Shown piece by piece: positions 1-20,589 of a stretch of 64,000 nt of DNA; the stretch's first letter is position 1; each line of letters begins with the position of its first letter. Location of the stretch: NCBI RefSeq assembly GCF_000181795.1, contig NW_003526943.1, positions 6,602,122 through 6,666,121 on the forward strand. The letters are read 5' to 3'. The notes under the pieces are model-generated. The model was not told where the DNA came from, made no database searches, and worked only from the letters and a program-made list of their open reading frames with translations. The position numbers and the translations under genes are program-made. This stretch comes from Trichinella spiralis (Eukaryota).

Positions 1-67
1 ACCTTCTGGCGAATGCGAAGTTTCATACATGTATATGTTTATTATGTAAAATTGTGGAAAAGTTTAA

Positions 68-196
<129 letters not shown>

Positions 197-966
197 TGAG
201 ATTTTATTGTGAAAGAAGTACAATGACATTTGTTTTTTAGAAGAGAAAAGATGAAAGCGGATCGTTATTGCAAATAGTTTTTATCCCTAATTACGGCAGT
301 AATTGTGTTCGTGAAATCATCTTCTGTTGAAGAGGCGTGTTTAAACTGTAAATTAGTATCCGCACTGTGGAATATTTAAAAATATTTATCTGTCGACCAT
401 AACAAATGTATTATAGAATGCAACATATGAATTAATTATATAATCCTCATGTTTTTGGAGTAAATGTTATCAGTAGTGTTTTTAAATTAAATTCTGTTTT
501 TCTACTGTTGTTTTGCGATTGTACATCCACGTTTTGCTGAATTATAATAGTTATTATTTTTGTCACGTTTTTCAATAAATTATTTTCAAACGAACGTAGT
601 TTCTGCATTACATGATGATTAGCATGCTTACAGTATGCTAAACATATGAAAAATACATCTTGAATATTCAAGTGTTACAGTACCTTTCTGTAAGGTTCAC
701 CGTTTTCGCCACGTGCTTGCGCATTTTGCTCCATGTGGAAAAAGATTTTAATTGAAATTAGTAAGTTGTTATGAAATGGAAGTATTTTAAAAATTTATTT
801 ATTTTTTAATCACCATTTAATGCGATTGCTTTTCTTTACTATAACAATTTAGTTGCCAGTATATGAATTTGGTAATTGTGAGTTCTATAAAAATCTTTTT
901 TAATCTTCGGTAAAATATATTAATATTTTGATGTTTAAAATTGATGTTTTATTTTTCTTAAGGTGA

Positions 967-9374
<8,408 letters not shown>

Positions 9375-10021
9375 GCTCAAATATTTTGTGATTATTTCAT
9401 ATAATAAACAAAGCATCAGAAAATCACTGAAATATGAGCATTGAATAAAACTTCCTTACTTAATAAAATGAACACATTACACGACACAAAATTAAATTCC
9501 TGACAAAATTTTACCACATGTAAATTTATAAAACACATTCTGTTTATCACAATTTTAAAATTTAAAAAGAACTGCTCACACAGTTTTCAAAATGGAAACT
9601 CTTCATTCGAAATAAAACATCAAGTTTCATTGTTTAGAGAAATAAATATACCGTACTGAATTTAAATTTTGAACTGAATTCTTGTTTTGACTGCTTTTTA
9701 ACTAACCTATGTTAAAATAAACACATATGTATATACATTTATAGTGTTATAAAGTAAAATTATTTCATTGCATTACTGTAAACACCTTATTACTTACAAA
9801 AGTATTATTGAAGTCTGTATTTAAACAAAATTTGAAATTATCAAATAATAAATTTAATTCTGATTAATAATTGTGAAAACTGCAAGTAAAAATACGTTCT
9901 ACTGTTATACTGTTTGTTTTACTTTGAATTTTAATTTTTATTTCTGATTCTGAAGCATTTATTTTTTCTTCACTTTTACACTTCCATTGCGTTTGATTGA
10001 AAAAGACTTTTTTCCAGCAAA

Positions 10022-13000
10022 ATGACCGAAAAACCAAAAGTCTACTCTCGATATTAGTACGAAAGAGTAACAATAAAATGGGATTATGTTTTTTTCTTTT
10101 GAAAATTTGTATTTCAGTGAACAGTGGAATATTCTGTTGAAGCAGATGTTGACTTTTACCAAGTCTGAAATGAAAACTTTTGCCGCGCAAGGGAATCTCA
10201 GAGGCAACAGCTTTCGCAGCATCTATTGGAGGGTACTGCTTGATTATTGTCGTTGTAATATTTGAAATGATATTCTAATTGGCAAGGTATTTTTGGAATG
10301 CTTTCCAACCAATTTCAAGCACTGGTCAGCGGCGTTGGAAAAATCCCGCCAAACGTACACCAGTCTGCACAAAGAGGTGGTTTGCTTTCGTTTTTCTTTT
10401 TGAACTTCATTTGATCAATTAGCTCGTTTAAGATACTCGGCGATCCTAGATCCGCGCAAATTTCCGGAGACTTGCAAATAGACAATCCGCTTTCTTTGCA
10501 CGAAAAGGTGATGGATGAATTCTTGGCTGTATGCTTTTTGTTCTTGGTTTCCTGAAAATTATTCTTATTTGCTTTCAGAGCACATGGCGCATTTACTTCT
10601 CTAACCAAGAGCTTTTGTCAAAAATTCGACAAGATGTAACCAGAACGTAAGCAGTCAGTGATTCAGTATTTTTTGTTGTTGTTATTTATTTTATACTTTG
10701 ATGAGCTGATTTGAAAATTTTGTTGCAGCAACTTAATAAGTCATCTGAAACTGGCTTCACGTTTAGTTTGTTTTACAGCAGTGTTACGTGTACTTTTTTC
10801 ATTTACTCAATATTTGTTTGCTTTTTCTAAATTAAGCCCTACTATTTCTTATCAAAAAATGATTTAAAAAATGACTTTTACCATGATTAAAAAACGATTC
10901 TAAATGTTTTAAATTTGGATAATTTTCAATTCAATTTGATCTAACTTACGATTATTTGAGAAAAGTGATGTTCAAGTTTGAATTTAACTTTTTTTTATCA
11001 TGTAAATGCAGATCAGTTCCATAACTTGTTAGTTTTTAATAATATGCATGAATCGTTAAAATGTACTTATTCAATGAACATGCTTCATGTAATTTTAATA
11101 TTTTAAATTTTAGATATCCTGAATTAAAATTTTTTACTTCTGAAAGAATCAGGCGAATAATGACTGAACTACTGTTTATTTATGCGCTTCAATATCCACA
11201 CATTTCATACAAGCAAGTATGAAAATTAAATCTGTGCTAGCTGTGTTGATGCGGGTGCATTAAATTGCTTGCTGAGTTTTTATTCTATTTCACTGGAAAA
11301 TAAAGGAACTTTGTTATTTATTTTTGGATAATTGTAGGGTATGCACGAAATTCTTGGTCTCGTCATTTATGCGTTCTCTTTCGATTTTGAAGCTTTCAAG
11401 AATGCCGAAGAAAATGGTGCATTAAAGTATGTATATTTTATTTAAACGTTGTGAAAACTACCAATTAATTAATCTTTTTACTTGAAATGTATACATAAAA
11501 TCATATTTTATTTATTAAAGAATAGTGAAAAGTTGGTATTTGTGATTGCGTGTGATAAGAAATCCAGTGCAGAACATTGTTATGAAATGTAAAAATCAAC
11601 TAATTGCGAAAAATGCTGTAACTGTTCTGAAATATTTAAGTAGCTTTGTTTTCTTTTTCAGTGGTATAATTTATGATGAATGTGCAGTATTTCAAAAATT
11701 TTCTGGATCAGGTGAATCATCGTCATCTGTTTTGCTATTTTCTCGATTCTCATAACACTCAAGGCAAAAGTACATATCATTTATATTATGAAACTGAAAT
11801 ACGAAAAATACACATAAGCGAATAAATCTAAGTAATCAAGAGCTCATTACCGAAGTGTGAATTGTATCTTTGCAAATCTCGCACTGAATACAGAACTTGT
11901 GATGCAGACAACCATAGATGAGGACACCCTCTTCGAATTTTACTGGTAAGTCGCATTTTGCGCACAACGGAAGGTACATGTCACTGTAGCAGAATGAACA
12001 ATAGCGAGCATTGCCGACGGTTCTGTATTCAGTATTCACAGGTTGAGTGCAATTATTGCATATCATGCAACACTGATGGTAGAACTTGCCGTTGTCGAGT
12101 ACAGCTTGCAAGCCAAATATCTTCCCTTTACACAGGCCACAGTATTGCACATATCCTGGTGGAATTTTCACTTGACGCAACGTTCCCTTTGCCGGCACTT
12201 CGTTTACAAAGAAATCTGTAGAAAATTTGTTCAATTATTATCTCACGTAGGGTTTTTATAATTTTGTATAATGATTTTTGAAAAAATTTACTCATCAACT
12301 CAAAAATACGATGACAGTGATAGATCAAAAATCAAAACGATTGAAATTCTGATGAAAGATTTAAGTAGACTTACTGTGATCGGTCTTCTCAGCCATGTTT
12401 CATTTGAAATTTCAAGCTCGTTCTGATTGAAAGACATCCAACATGAAATGCAGAAAGGAACTTTAAACAATTTTCGCATATTTTAAAATACACTTAAATG
12501 TAAACAAAACAGTTGCATAATTTGTATTTGATTTGAGTTTTAAAGTTCATACAAGGGGTAGGAAACTTAGCAACTTGATCGTTTGATTGTTGTTGTTGTA
12601 ATTTTGATTTCAATTTCTTTTAAGCGATGTGCATACATTTAAATTATTTCATTAATTAATTCAGGAACATGAACAATGAACAAGTGTGAGAAATCGAAAT
12701 TGATCTGTTTGTAAGCGCATTAGTTTCATGCAACTTTTTTCCAGCCTCTGCTTGAAGAACGTTTTCAACAGCGACTACTTCGAACACGATGTCTTGTGAG
12801 CATCTTTTGCTTTTGCATATTTAAAAACCATCGACTCGCATATTGATTTATTAATTTTTTTTATCATACTGAATTGTTTGTGTTTTTTCTTGTTTTTTTT
12901 TCTCTTTCGCTTTCAGTGGACTGTTCGCTGCGCTGATGCAAATTGTGCAACCGTTTTATTTTCAAGATGAAGACGGTCGCGTGAGTTCATTTATGGAAAA

Positions 13001-14585
13001 TGTAGTGAACGAATGAATTGATTGCAAAAATTATCCCACTGTTTTTCAGTGTAAAACGAAAAAACAGCTCAACGATATTGCTAGCAAGTGCCCGTTGATG
13101 GTAAAGTTGCAAGGCGTTACTGATTCGTTGAAGCACGTCGATTTTCCACTTTACAATCATCTACAGTGCTTGGATATTCCAGTCGAGGTTTATGGCATGT
13201 AAGTTCCAAGTTGAAATTCAATTTCTCTCTCTCTGTGTGTGTGTCAGTGATTTTCTCTATTCACATCAATTAGACGCTGGTTTCGACTTCTTTTCGGACG
13301 TGAGTTTTTCATAGAAGATTTGTTCGTAATTTGGGATATAATCTTCGCCGACGGCCCTCCGTACAGTATAATCGAGTGTTTTTCTGTGGCGATGCTTTGT
13401 TACATCAGTGACATCCGTATGTCAAATTGCTATCTTATTCTTGTTTTCATGTAAATTAATTATTGAAGTTCTTCGTTCGGATTACATGGGCTGTTTGAAA
13501 ATTTTGATGAAATATCCATCGGTTGAAGATATTTTTCAATTAATCTCCATAGCGGTGTTTCTTCAGACGAGGGTGAGCATTGTGTTTGTTTGTTTGTTTG
13601 TTTGTTTGTTGAGCAATTTTAATCTTCCATACTGTGTCTCCAATGAAGATAGACGATTACTTGCACAGCAGTGCTTTCGCCAGACACGTCGACGTGGTCT
13701 GCAGTCGACCAGCGGAATCGAACAAAACCCTGCGGAAAAGTTATCTGCCGTTTTCGTTTAATATTTTTCCAAGAAAAAACAATTCCGATTCCTCCTCCAC
13801 CTCCTCCTCCTCTCTGGCTGGTAAAAGCAGACAAATTTATTTATTTTCTGTTGATATGTTTGTTCTGTTCAGAGAAATTAAAAAAACGCTACCAACGACA
13901 ATCCGACGATGCAGTGGTGAATAGGAGACCAATTTTTCCATCGAACAGAGCAAACAGCAGTAAAAGCAGCAGATCTTCCGCTTCTTCTTCTTCCGAATGT
14001 GTCACTTCTACTGAAGTGGGATTGCACCGATATTTGTGGATAATTTTCCCAATTTCCAGGGTCACTTATGCTTTCAGGAAATTTTGGTGAAAGAGAAAAT
14101 TCGCCAACTCCAAGCCGGCATCATGCTGAACGCTTCGAAACAGCTCGACGATTACGCAGGTTTGTCTTTTGTCAATTTGAGGAAAGTTCCAGTGAATAAT
14201 TTCCATCGGTTGATCAGCGGATAACACAGTTGTCGTTCGCTTGTTCATTTCAGACTACCTCGACCAGGTGACCAGAGAAGGTGCAGTCGTTGCGGATACG
14301 GGAGCGTTGGTGAACATCAGCGCCGGCTTGAGGAACGTGTCGGCCCTGTTGAGGGACAATTTCTCTTCGCCGGCCAGGCGGCACAATCGACCGCCGGTGC
14401 CACGAGCCCAACATCCACGGCCACGGATTGTAGAAACGCCGAACATGCGGTCGATGGATTTTGCCATCGAAATGGGAAAAGAGTCGATACCGGTGGACGA
14501 AGCGTTTCAGATCGACGAGACATTTTTGTCGACTCGTTTGAAGAGAGAAAATGAACTAGTTGAACTGAGGCGAAATCAAAGTTGA
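10022..14585 (+). CDS. TBC1D5: TBC1 domain family member 5 (Rab7 GAP, retromer-associated), many short exons
   Basis: Spliced reading gives LRGNSFRSIYWRVFL, IDNPLSL, IRQDVTRTYP (R finger), YKQGMHEI (Q finger), YFEHD, RWFRLLFGREF, DYMGCLKILMKYP. The 3' exons are low-complexity and their boundaries are approximate. Confidence 0.88.
11692..12396 (-). CDS. Small two-LIM-domain protein nested in a TBC1D5 intron
   Basis: Exons about 12396-12375, 12215-11851, 11793-11692 join in frame. LIM1 is CGLC..HQCCMICNNC..CSFC; LIM2 is CAKC..HKFCIQCEIC..CLEC, with its last Cys pair supplied by exon 3. Confidence 0.85.
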
Positions 14586-14813
14586 ATCAAAGATTCTGTA
14601 TTTTCAAAATTTACATTTACCTTCAGTACACACAGTGTACAATTTAAGGCACATCTAAGAAATGAAGCAATTTATTTTCCCATACAACAACGTGTGCACA
14701 TTGTCTCCTGTGAGGTATCATATGATATCGTTGTGCATGTAGAGGATTATCAAATTGTAAAATAAAACAAAATACAGAATGTTGTTTAAAGAAAAAACTA
14801 ATTTCGCTGTTAT

Positions 14814-16049
14814 TCAGGAAGTGTTGAAGGAGTTGTCACTTCCGGCAATTACACGAAACAACGATCGTTTCTTATTCACCATTACATTATCAGCGCTGCT
14901 ACTTGGTGGCGGGACAACGCTAACGACATTGGATACGCCTGTAGAACTAGAATTACCTTGTTCTCTAAAACTTGTATCGCTGGACGTTTTAGCCAACAGA
15001 TTTTCTATTCTTATCGTCGACGTCGTCGTCGTCGTCGTTGTTCCTGCTGCTGCTGCTGTTGCTGTTGCTGCTGCTGCTACTACTACTGGTGACGGTTGTG
15101 CTGTCGTTTGAAGTGCTGCTGTAGTCGTTGCTGCTGCTATTGCTGTTATATCCCTCAAAATTAAAGGTCGAATTGTAATCGGCGTCATCGCTGGTACAGG
15201 CGACGATGAAGTAGATCTTATCGTTGCAACACCAGATGGATAACGAATCACCGCGACGTTGGTTTTTGTAGTCGGTGGACGGCTAAAATTTAAAATGTTT
15301 CCCTATCAAGCTGAATTAGCATGCGTGAATATGTGTTGTTTTTTGTTTTCTTACGTGGATGAAGAACTGCTGGCCGTTGATGGTACAGTGATATGTTTTG
15401 AAGCTTGCAGTTTGCTCTGGTTGATCCGAAAATTCGGCTGCAACAAACAGTGCCGTTCCGACGGAAGTGCAATGCAGCGTTCGTCTTTAACTGTTGGGAA
15501 AGGTTGCGAATTTTTCTCTTTCGCTAATGTTTTCCGGGTATTATAGGAAGTTTGAGAGGCTTCAAAAATATCTTTGAAAATTAAACTCTTCGCCAACTGG
15601 AGGTCAGACTTCGTGATCATTGTACGATTGGCCAACTTGGCATACTGTCGACCGTCCGTCAGCAATTTTCCCACGTAATTCTGAACCCAAGAAACCAACC
15701 TGGAACGTAACTCTTGGTCGGCGTCCAAGTCGCTTTCACTCTTACCCAACAGTTCACGTATCCATCGTTCATCTGGTTTGAACAAACTTGAACCAGTTGA
15801 GCTGCTTTTCGCTTCTAAAGTCTGCTTTTCGAACGACGATGAATCTTCACTGCCATCCGAAAGCAATTTCATGCGACTGCATGTGTTTTTACCAAATGTT
15901 AACGCCGCTTCAGAAAGAAACCCATCCTCTTCTTCCACAGCAGATCCTTCCATTTCTTCTGTCGTGCTAATTTCCTCTGTCGAATCGAACAGATCTGCAC
16001 CGTGTGACACAGAACCGCTTTCGCGGGAAAAGCGTCCTCTGCTCGTCAT
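14814..16049 (-). CDS. TAF9: TAF9-like (TFIID-31kDa) histone-fold protein, 2 exons
   Basis: Exons 16049-15355 and 15282-14814 join in frame. Histone fold YVGKLLTDGRQYAKLANRTMITKSDLQLA followed by KNSQPFP..LPSERHCLLQPNFRI, matching the TAF9 conserved region RNQTPLP..LPPDRYCLTAPNYRL; Thr/Ala/Ser-rich tail. Confidence 0.78.
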
Positions 16050-17305
16050 TGTCACTTCAATCAGAAATTATGCCTCTGAACCAAATTAAGGCAATGCAAA
16101 ATTCTAAATCGTAATTTCATAATGAAAAAAAGAAAGCCACCAACTTAACACTGAATGAACTCCTGAATCTTGGAGTTCGAACATAACGATACTTCGAAAA
16201 AGTATCTGGAACAAGAATAATCTTTTCTCAAACAACAAATTAATAAACATCTGTTATAACTGAAACTGAAAACAATATATTTATTTATTTATGTTTAGAA
16301 ATTTGTTAAATACTGAGAAAAATAACTGCTAATTTCACAGTTGTTTTTGCATTATTTCATTCGTGCTCAAGTTTCAACAAAGAACATTTTAAAACAATAT
16401 AAAAAAATTCACTGAACTGTATGTAAAGCAAAGTTAAGAACATTGCAACATCATCAAACAAAATAATTATCACTATTTTGAAAATAAAAAGATAATTATA
16501 GTTTAAAAAATAAAAATTAAACTTATATCATATCAAATGACAAAACTGTAAACATTATGCAAAATTTAAAAAAATATAATTACAAAAATATATTACAGTA
16601 AGAATGGTTAATCAAGGATCACATATGTAGCAAAAGATTATCATAATGAAATGCACTTGTAACATTTCAAGTAATTTATTTTTCATAATCATTTTTACAT
16701 TTATTAAACACTCCATATATTTAATCACATACTAATTTAATCATTTTCAATATTTCAAATTAAATAAATACTATTTTGAAGAACGTCGAAGCACTCACTG
16801 TATGTGCAAACTAAATTACGCATTGTTAAATTCAAAATTTGTTTAAATACACAACTGTTTTCTTTCATAAAAATATAATAAACACATTTTGTACTTCATT
16901 ATTTCAATGCCTGTCATTATTAATACAGAATGAAGTAATGCATATCAATAATATTTACACAATTTATTTAACCTTGATAGGAATGATCATCAGAAAGCAA
17001 ATTTAAAACTGTGAGTATAAATTTTTTCTATGATTGTAAGCTTGTTCCAATGAATAAAAGTAACATATAAATAACAGTACTTTCTAATTCATCAAAACTT
17101 CATCAAAAATCTGGTCATTTTCAAATTTAATTGGATTGTATTCAGAATATAAGTGATACAAATTGATTATTGATGTATTAAAAATTCAGATCACTCTTCG
17201 AGTGACTTATTAAACACTAAAAATCAACGTTTCCACATGTAAAAATGATTTGAATATGTAGGAGGATCATTAAATAGGAGAATGGGATGGTTAAAAATAA
17301 ACAAT

Positions 17306-18146
17306 TTATGAATTCATAATATAGCGAACAAAATCAGCAATGTTGACATTACCATCCGAATCTTCTTGACCTTGTAAAAGTTGATCGACCTCTTCATCTG
17401 TCAAACGTTCTCCTACAAATGACAGAACGATTAAGAATAAAAATCTTGAAAAAACTAGATAGTCTAGCCATAATGCGTCCTACCCAAATGAGTAAGCAAG
17501 TGGCGCAGCTCTGCAACGCTGATGAAACCGTTACCTTCTTTGTCGAAGTGAGACAAACCTTCGATAAATTTATCACCACTTTGCGGTTCTTTGTTTTTCA
17601 TTACTGTATGCAAAATTGGAAGAAAATCTTCAAAAGTTATTCGCGACTCTAAAACATAAAAGTAACTAATAAAACTAAATGAACAAACCGCTTGGAATTT
17701 GACATTATAATTCAAATATACCATGCAATTAAATTTCTCTTAGATCCTTTAAATAGTTTGGGAAATTTTTACATTTTCTATAATAAAAGATTGCAGTGAT
17801 GTTTATTCATTAATACCTGGAGTAGGCCAGTTAGCACAACATTTTTTAATTTCTTCATTGGTTGGATTCTGCCCCAATGAACGCAAAACATCACCAACTT
17901 GGGTTACGCTAATTCGCTCATCACCTTTCGTGTCAAAGTAAGCGAATACTTCACGAGCTTCTAAAAATAAGAAAAAGTAAGAAGATACTTCTATAACAAT
18001 ATGATGAAGATAACAATAGAGACTAGCATTATTGTACAGTGACAACTTTATGTAAAAATAATTCTCTGACGATTCAAACATTCCGCAGCTAAAATAAATC
18101 AGTTAAGGTAAAAAATTTTAAACCTACCATTCAGAGAATCTTCCAT
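17306..18146 (-). CDS. mlc-5: Non-muscle myosin essential light chain (EF-hand), 4 exons
   Basis: Exons about 18146-18128, 17961-17818, 17648-17484, 17412-17306. [88 protein letters not shown]. Confidence 0.92.
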
Positions 18147-19339
18147 TATTTACTTAACGAGTTTACTACTTTCCAAGAACCAGTACTAACTTGTTAGAAT
18201 GCAATCTCGTAAAAGTTACGGTACCAATTACATGATAATCAAGTAAAGTTGTTCTATATTGCATTCTATTTAAAAAATGTACAACAGAATTGAAACTTCT
18301 AGGTTTAAATTTTATGTACCTCACGTTATTTTGTAAAAAATTAAAATTAAATAAACGTAAGGTTAGAAAACAGTTTGTGCTGTTTTCGTATCGTTGCTTA
18401 ACCTTTGTCCTTCCATATCGGTGAGTTATACTAAAGCTTGCTGTTCAGTTGGTTGTTAAATTATTCATGTTTTCATGCAGTAAGAGAGTGACCACAGAGG
18501 TGGATTAACAAGGAACTATGAGAATAGTACAGTTATGCGCTTAAATGTGACAAAAAAGATAATTTTTGATGGTTGGAAAACAACTTCCAAATGAAAAAAG
18601 CATGTCACCTTTAAAATTGTAGCAGATGAAATAAAACCTATTTGTATCTTTTAAGACCAGAAAAGTCATACGGTGTCAGAAGACTCAAAAACCGCATGGA
18701 AGTTTTCTCAATTAATACACATTGTCATTGTTCTATAAATGTTGAGCAAAGATTTTTCTATTTTTATTACTTAAATGAAATAATGAAAAAGCAGTTAAAT
18801 AGGCGATGCAATTATAATATTGATTACCGAAAATTCTTTAAGTAAAAACGAATGTAACGTGGAAAAAATTTCAGTTAAGTGAATTTACCAACATAGTTAA
18901 ACTTTAATTTGAATATAAATGAAAAAGAAAATATTGCAAAAATGAGAACATTTTCTACAGTATTATTGTTTTTTTAAAGAAAAATTATTTTAAAAGTTAT
19001 GAGATTTTCAAATAAAACTATTTTGACTAGAGTGGGCAATTTGATTGCTTTTGACAAGTGAAATATATAAAGTGAAGCATTTGATTAATATGCAGTTGTT
19101 TGTTTAAAAGTAGTCCATAAAAGTAAACAATTGTCTTTTTTTCAAGTTGCTTTCTTTGTATAATTTATTTTAGTATTGACAGTGTGAACAATGTTCCACT
19201 TGGTTTTTAGTAATTTAGTTCGACTTGATGGAATTATTTGCATTGCAATTGTTTTCGAAAAATGTTTCAACATTACAAATAATGTTCTTTATATCATGAA
19301 ACTGAATAAAACACAGCGGATATACTTCGTATGTAAAGT

Positions 19340-19412
19340 TACCGATGGCGGGACTCGAACCCGCAATCTCCGGCTCCGGAGGCCGGCGCCTTATCCATTA
19401 GGCCACATCGGC
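19340..19412 (-). tRNA. tRNA-Arg(CCG)
   Basis: Reverse complement GCCGATGTGGCCTAATGGATAAGGCGCCGGCCTCCGGAGCCGGAGATTGCGGGTTCGAGTCCCGCCATCGGTA folds as a cloverleaf: acceptor GCCGATG/CATCGGT, anticodon stem CCGGC/GCCGG with loop CTCCGGA, T-arm GCGGG-TTCGAGT-CCCGC. Confidence 0.96.
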
Positions 19413-20589
19413 TTCGAAATTCTGTTTCCTAAAGTGGATATTTAAATAAATAATCAATAATTATTTAAAATTTCAATGCACACATAAATGTGCTTTAAAA
19501 TGACCACCGTTTATTTAAAAAATGATGCAACTGCAAGTCAGTGGTGATCGATAAATGCACTGAATAAAAACAGTTTTCTGTCACTTATTTAAGAAAAAGT
19601 TTATATAATATTTTAATTGTTTATTCAAAATCTTCTTCATATAATTGTTACAACATGCAGAATGATTTCTTATAATTGTTACAGCCTACAGCAATTTGTA
19701 AAATAAAAAGAAATGTTTTAGATATTGCGCGAAATGTAATGCAAAATTTTTAATTAATGAAAGCAACTAGATGAATCCATCAATTTTGCAGAAATCATTA
19801 CAAATGAAAAAGAAGAACACTGTTGTAGGCCACGTCTAACAAATTGCATTGCTTTTGCCCACTTTGTCATACTGAATTTTCGATTTTTCCATTGCATCAT
19901 TATACAACTCTACTGGACCGAGACTTTTTCTCACTATCAAATGCAGTTTCATACTCACTTTCGGTTTTGGTTTAAACATTTGCCGCTACTATTTTACCTC
20001 ATTAAAAATAGTAATAAAAAGGTTTTCATTCATAAGATTTTGATTCATTTTTCGAAGATGAGACTGAAAAGAACATTGAGCAATTTTAGTATTTCGCTCT
20101 TTAATTCGAAAAATTTGCGTAAATAAAGATTTTTGAAATGTAATGCATAAAAAAATTTCAGAGGTTCATTCACTAAAAATCAGAAGAACAAAGTACAAAA
20201 ATGACTGCATTGTTAATAATGAATATTACTACATTCTGCAATTCATGAATTGTTCTTCGACAATGTAACTGCTAATTTTTACAGCTGAAACGAATTAACA
20301 TTACCAGAAATGAAACCATAATAACGTCTTATAGTAAAAATTTAAACTGTTGAAAGAAACAAATACCTAACCTCTTGCCAACCGCTGTACTTTACATAAT
20401 GATAATGAAGATTAGACAATTAATTTCACTAAAGTAACTATTATTATTTATGCGAAAAATGTTTTTCTTATTCATTTTAAAATAAAAATTAGCAATTATA
20501 ATTTATTGTTTATGTCGACGACGGAAATGGGAATACTGTCGTCAACGATAGAGAACCTGCGAGTCAGTGGAACCTGCGATTGCGTACTG

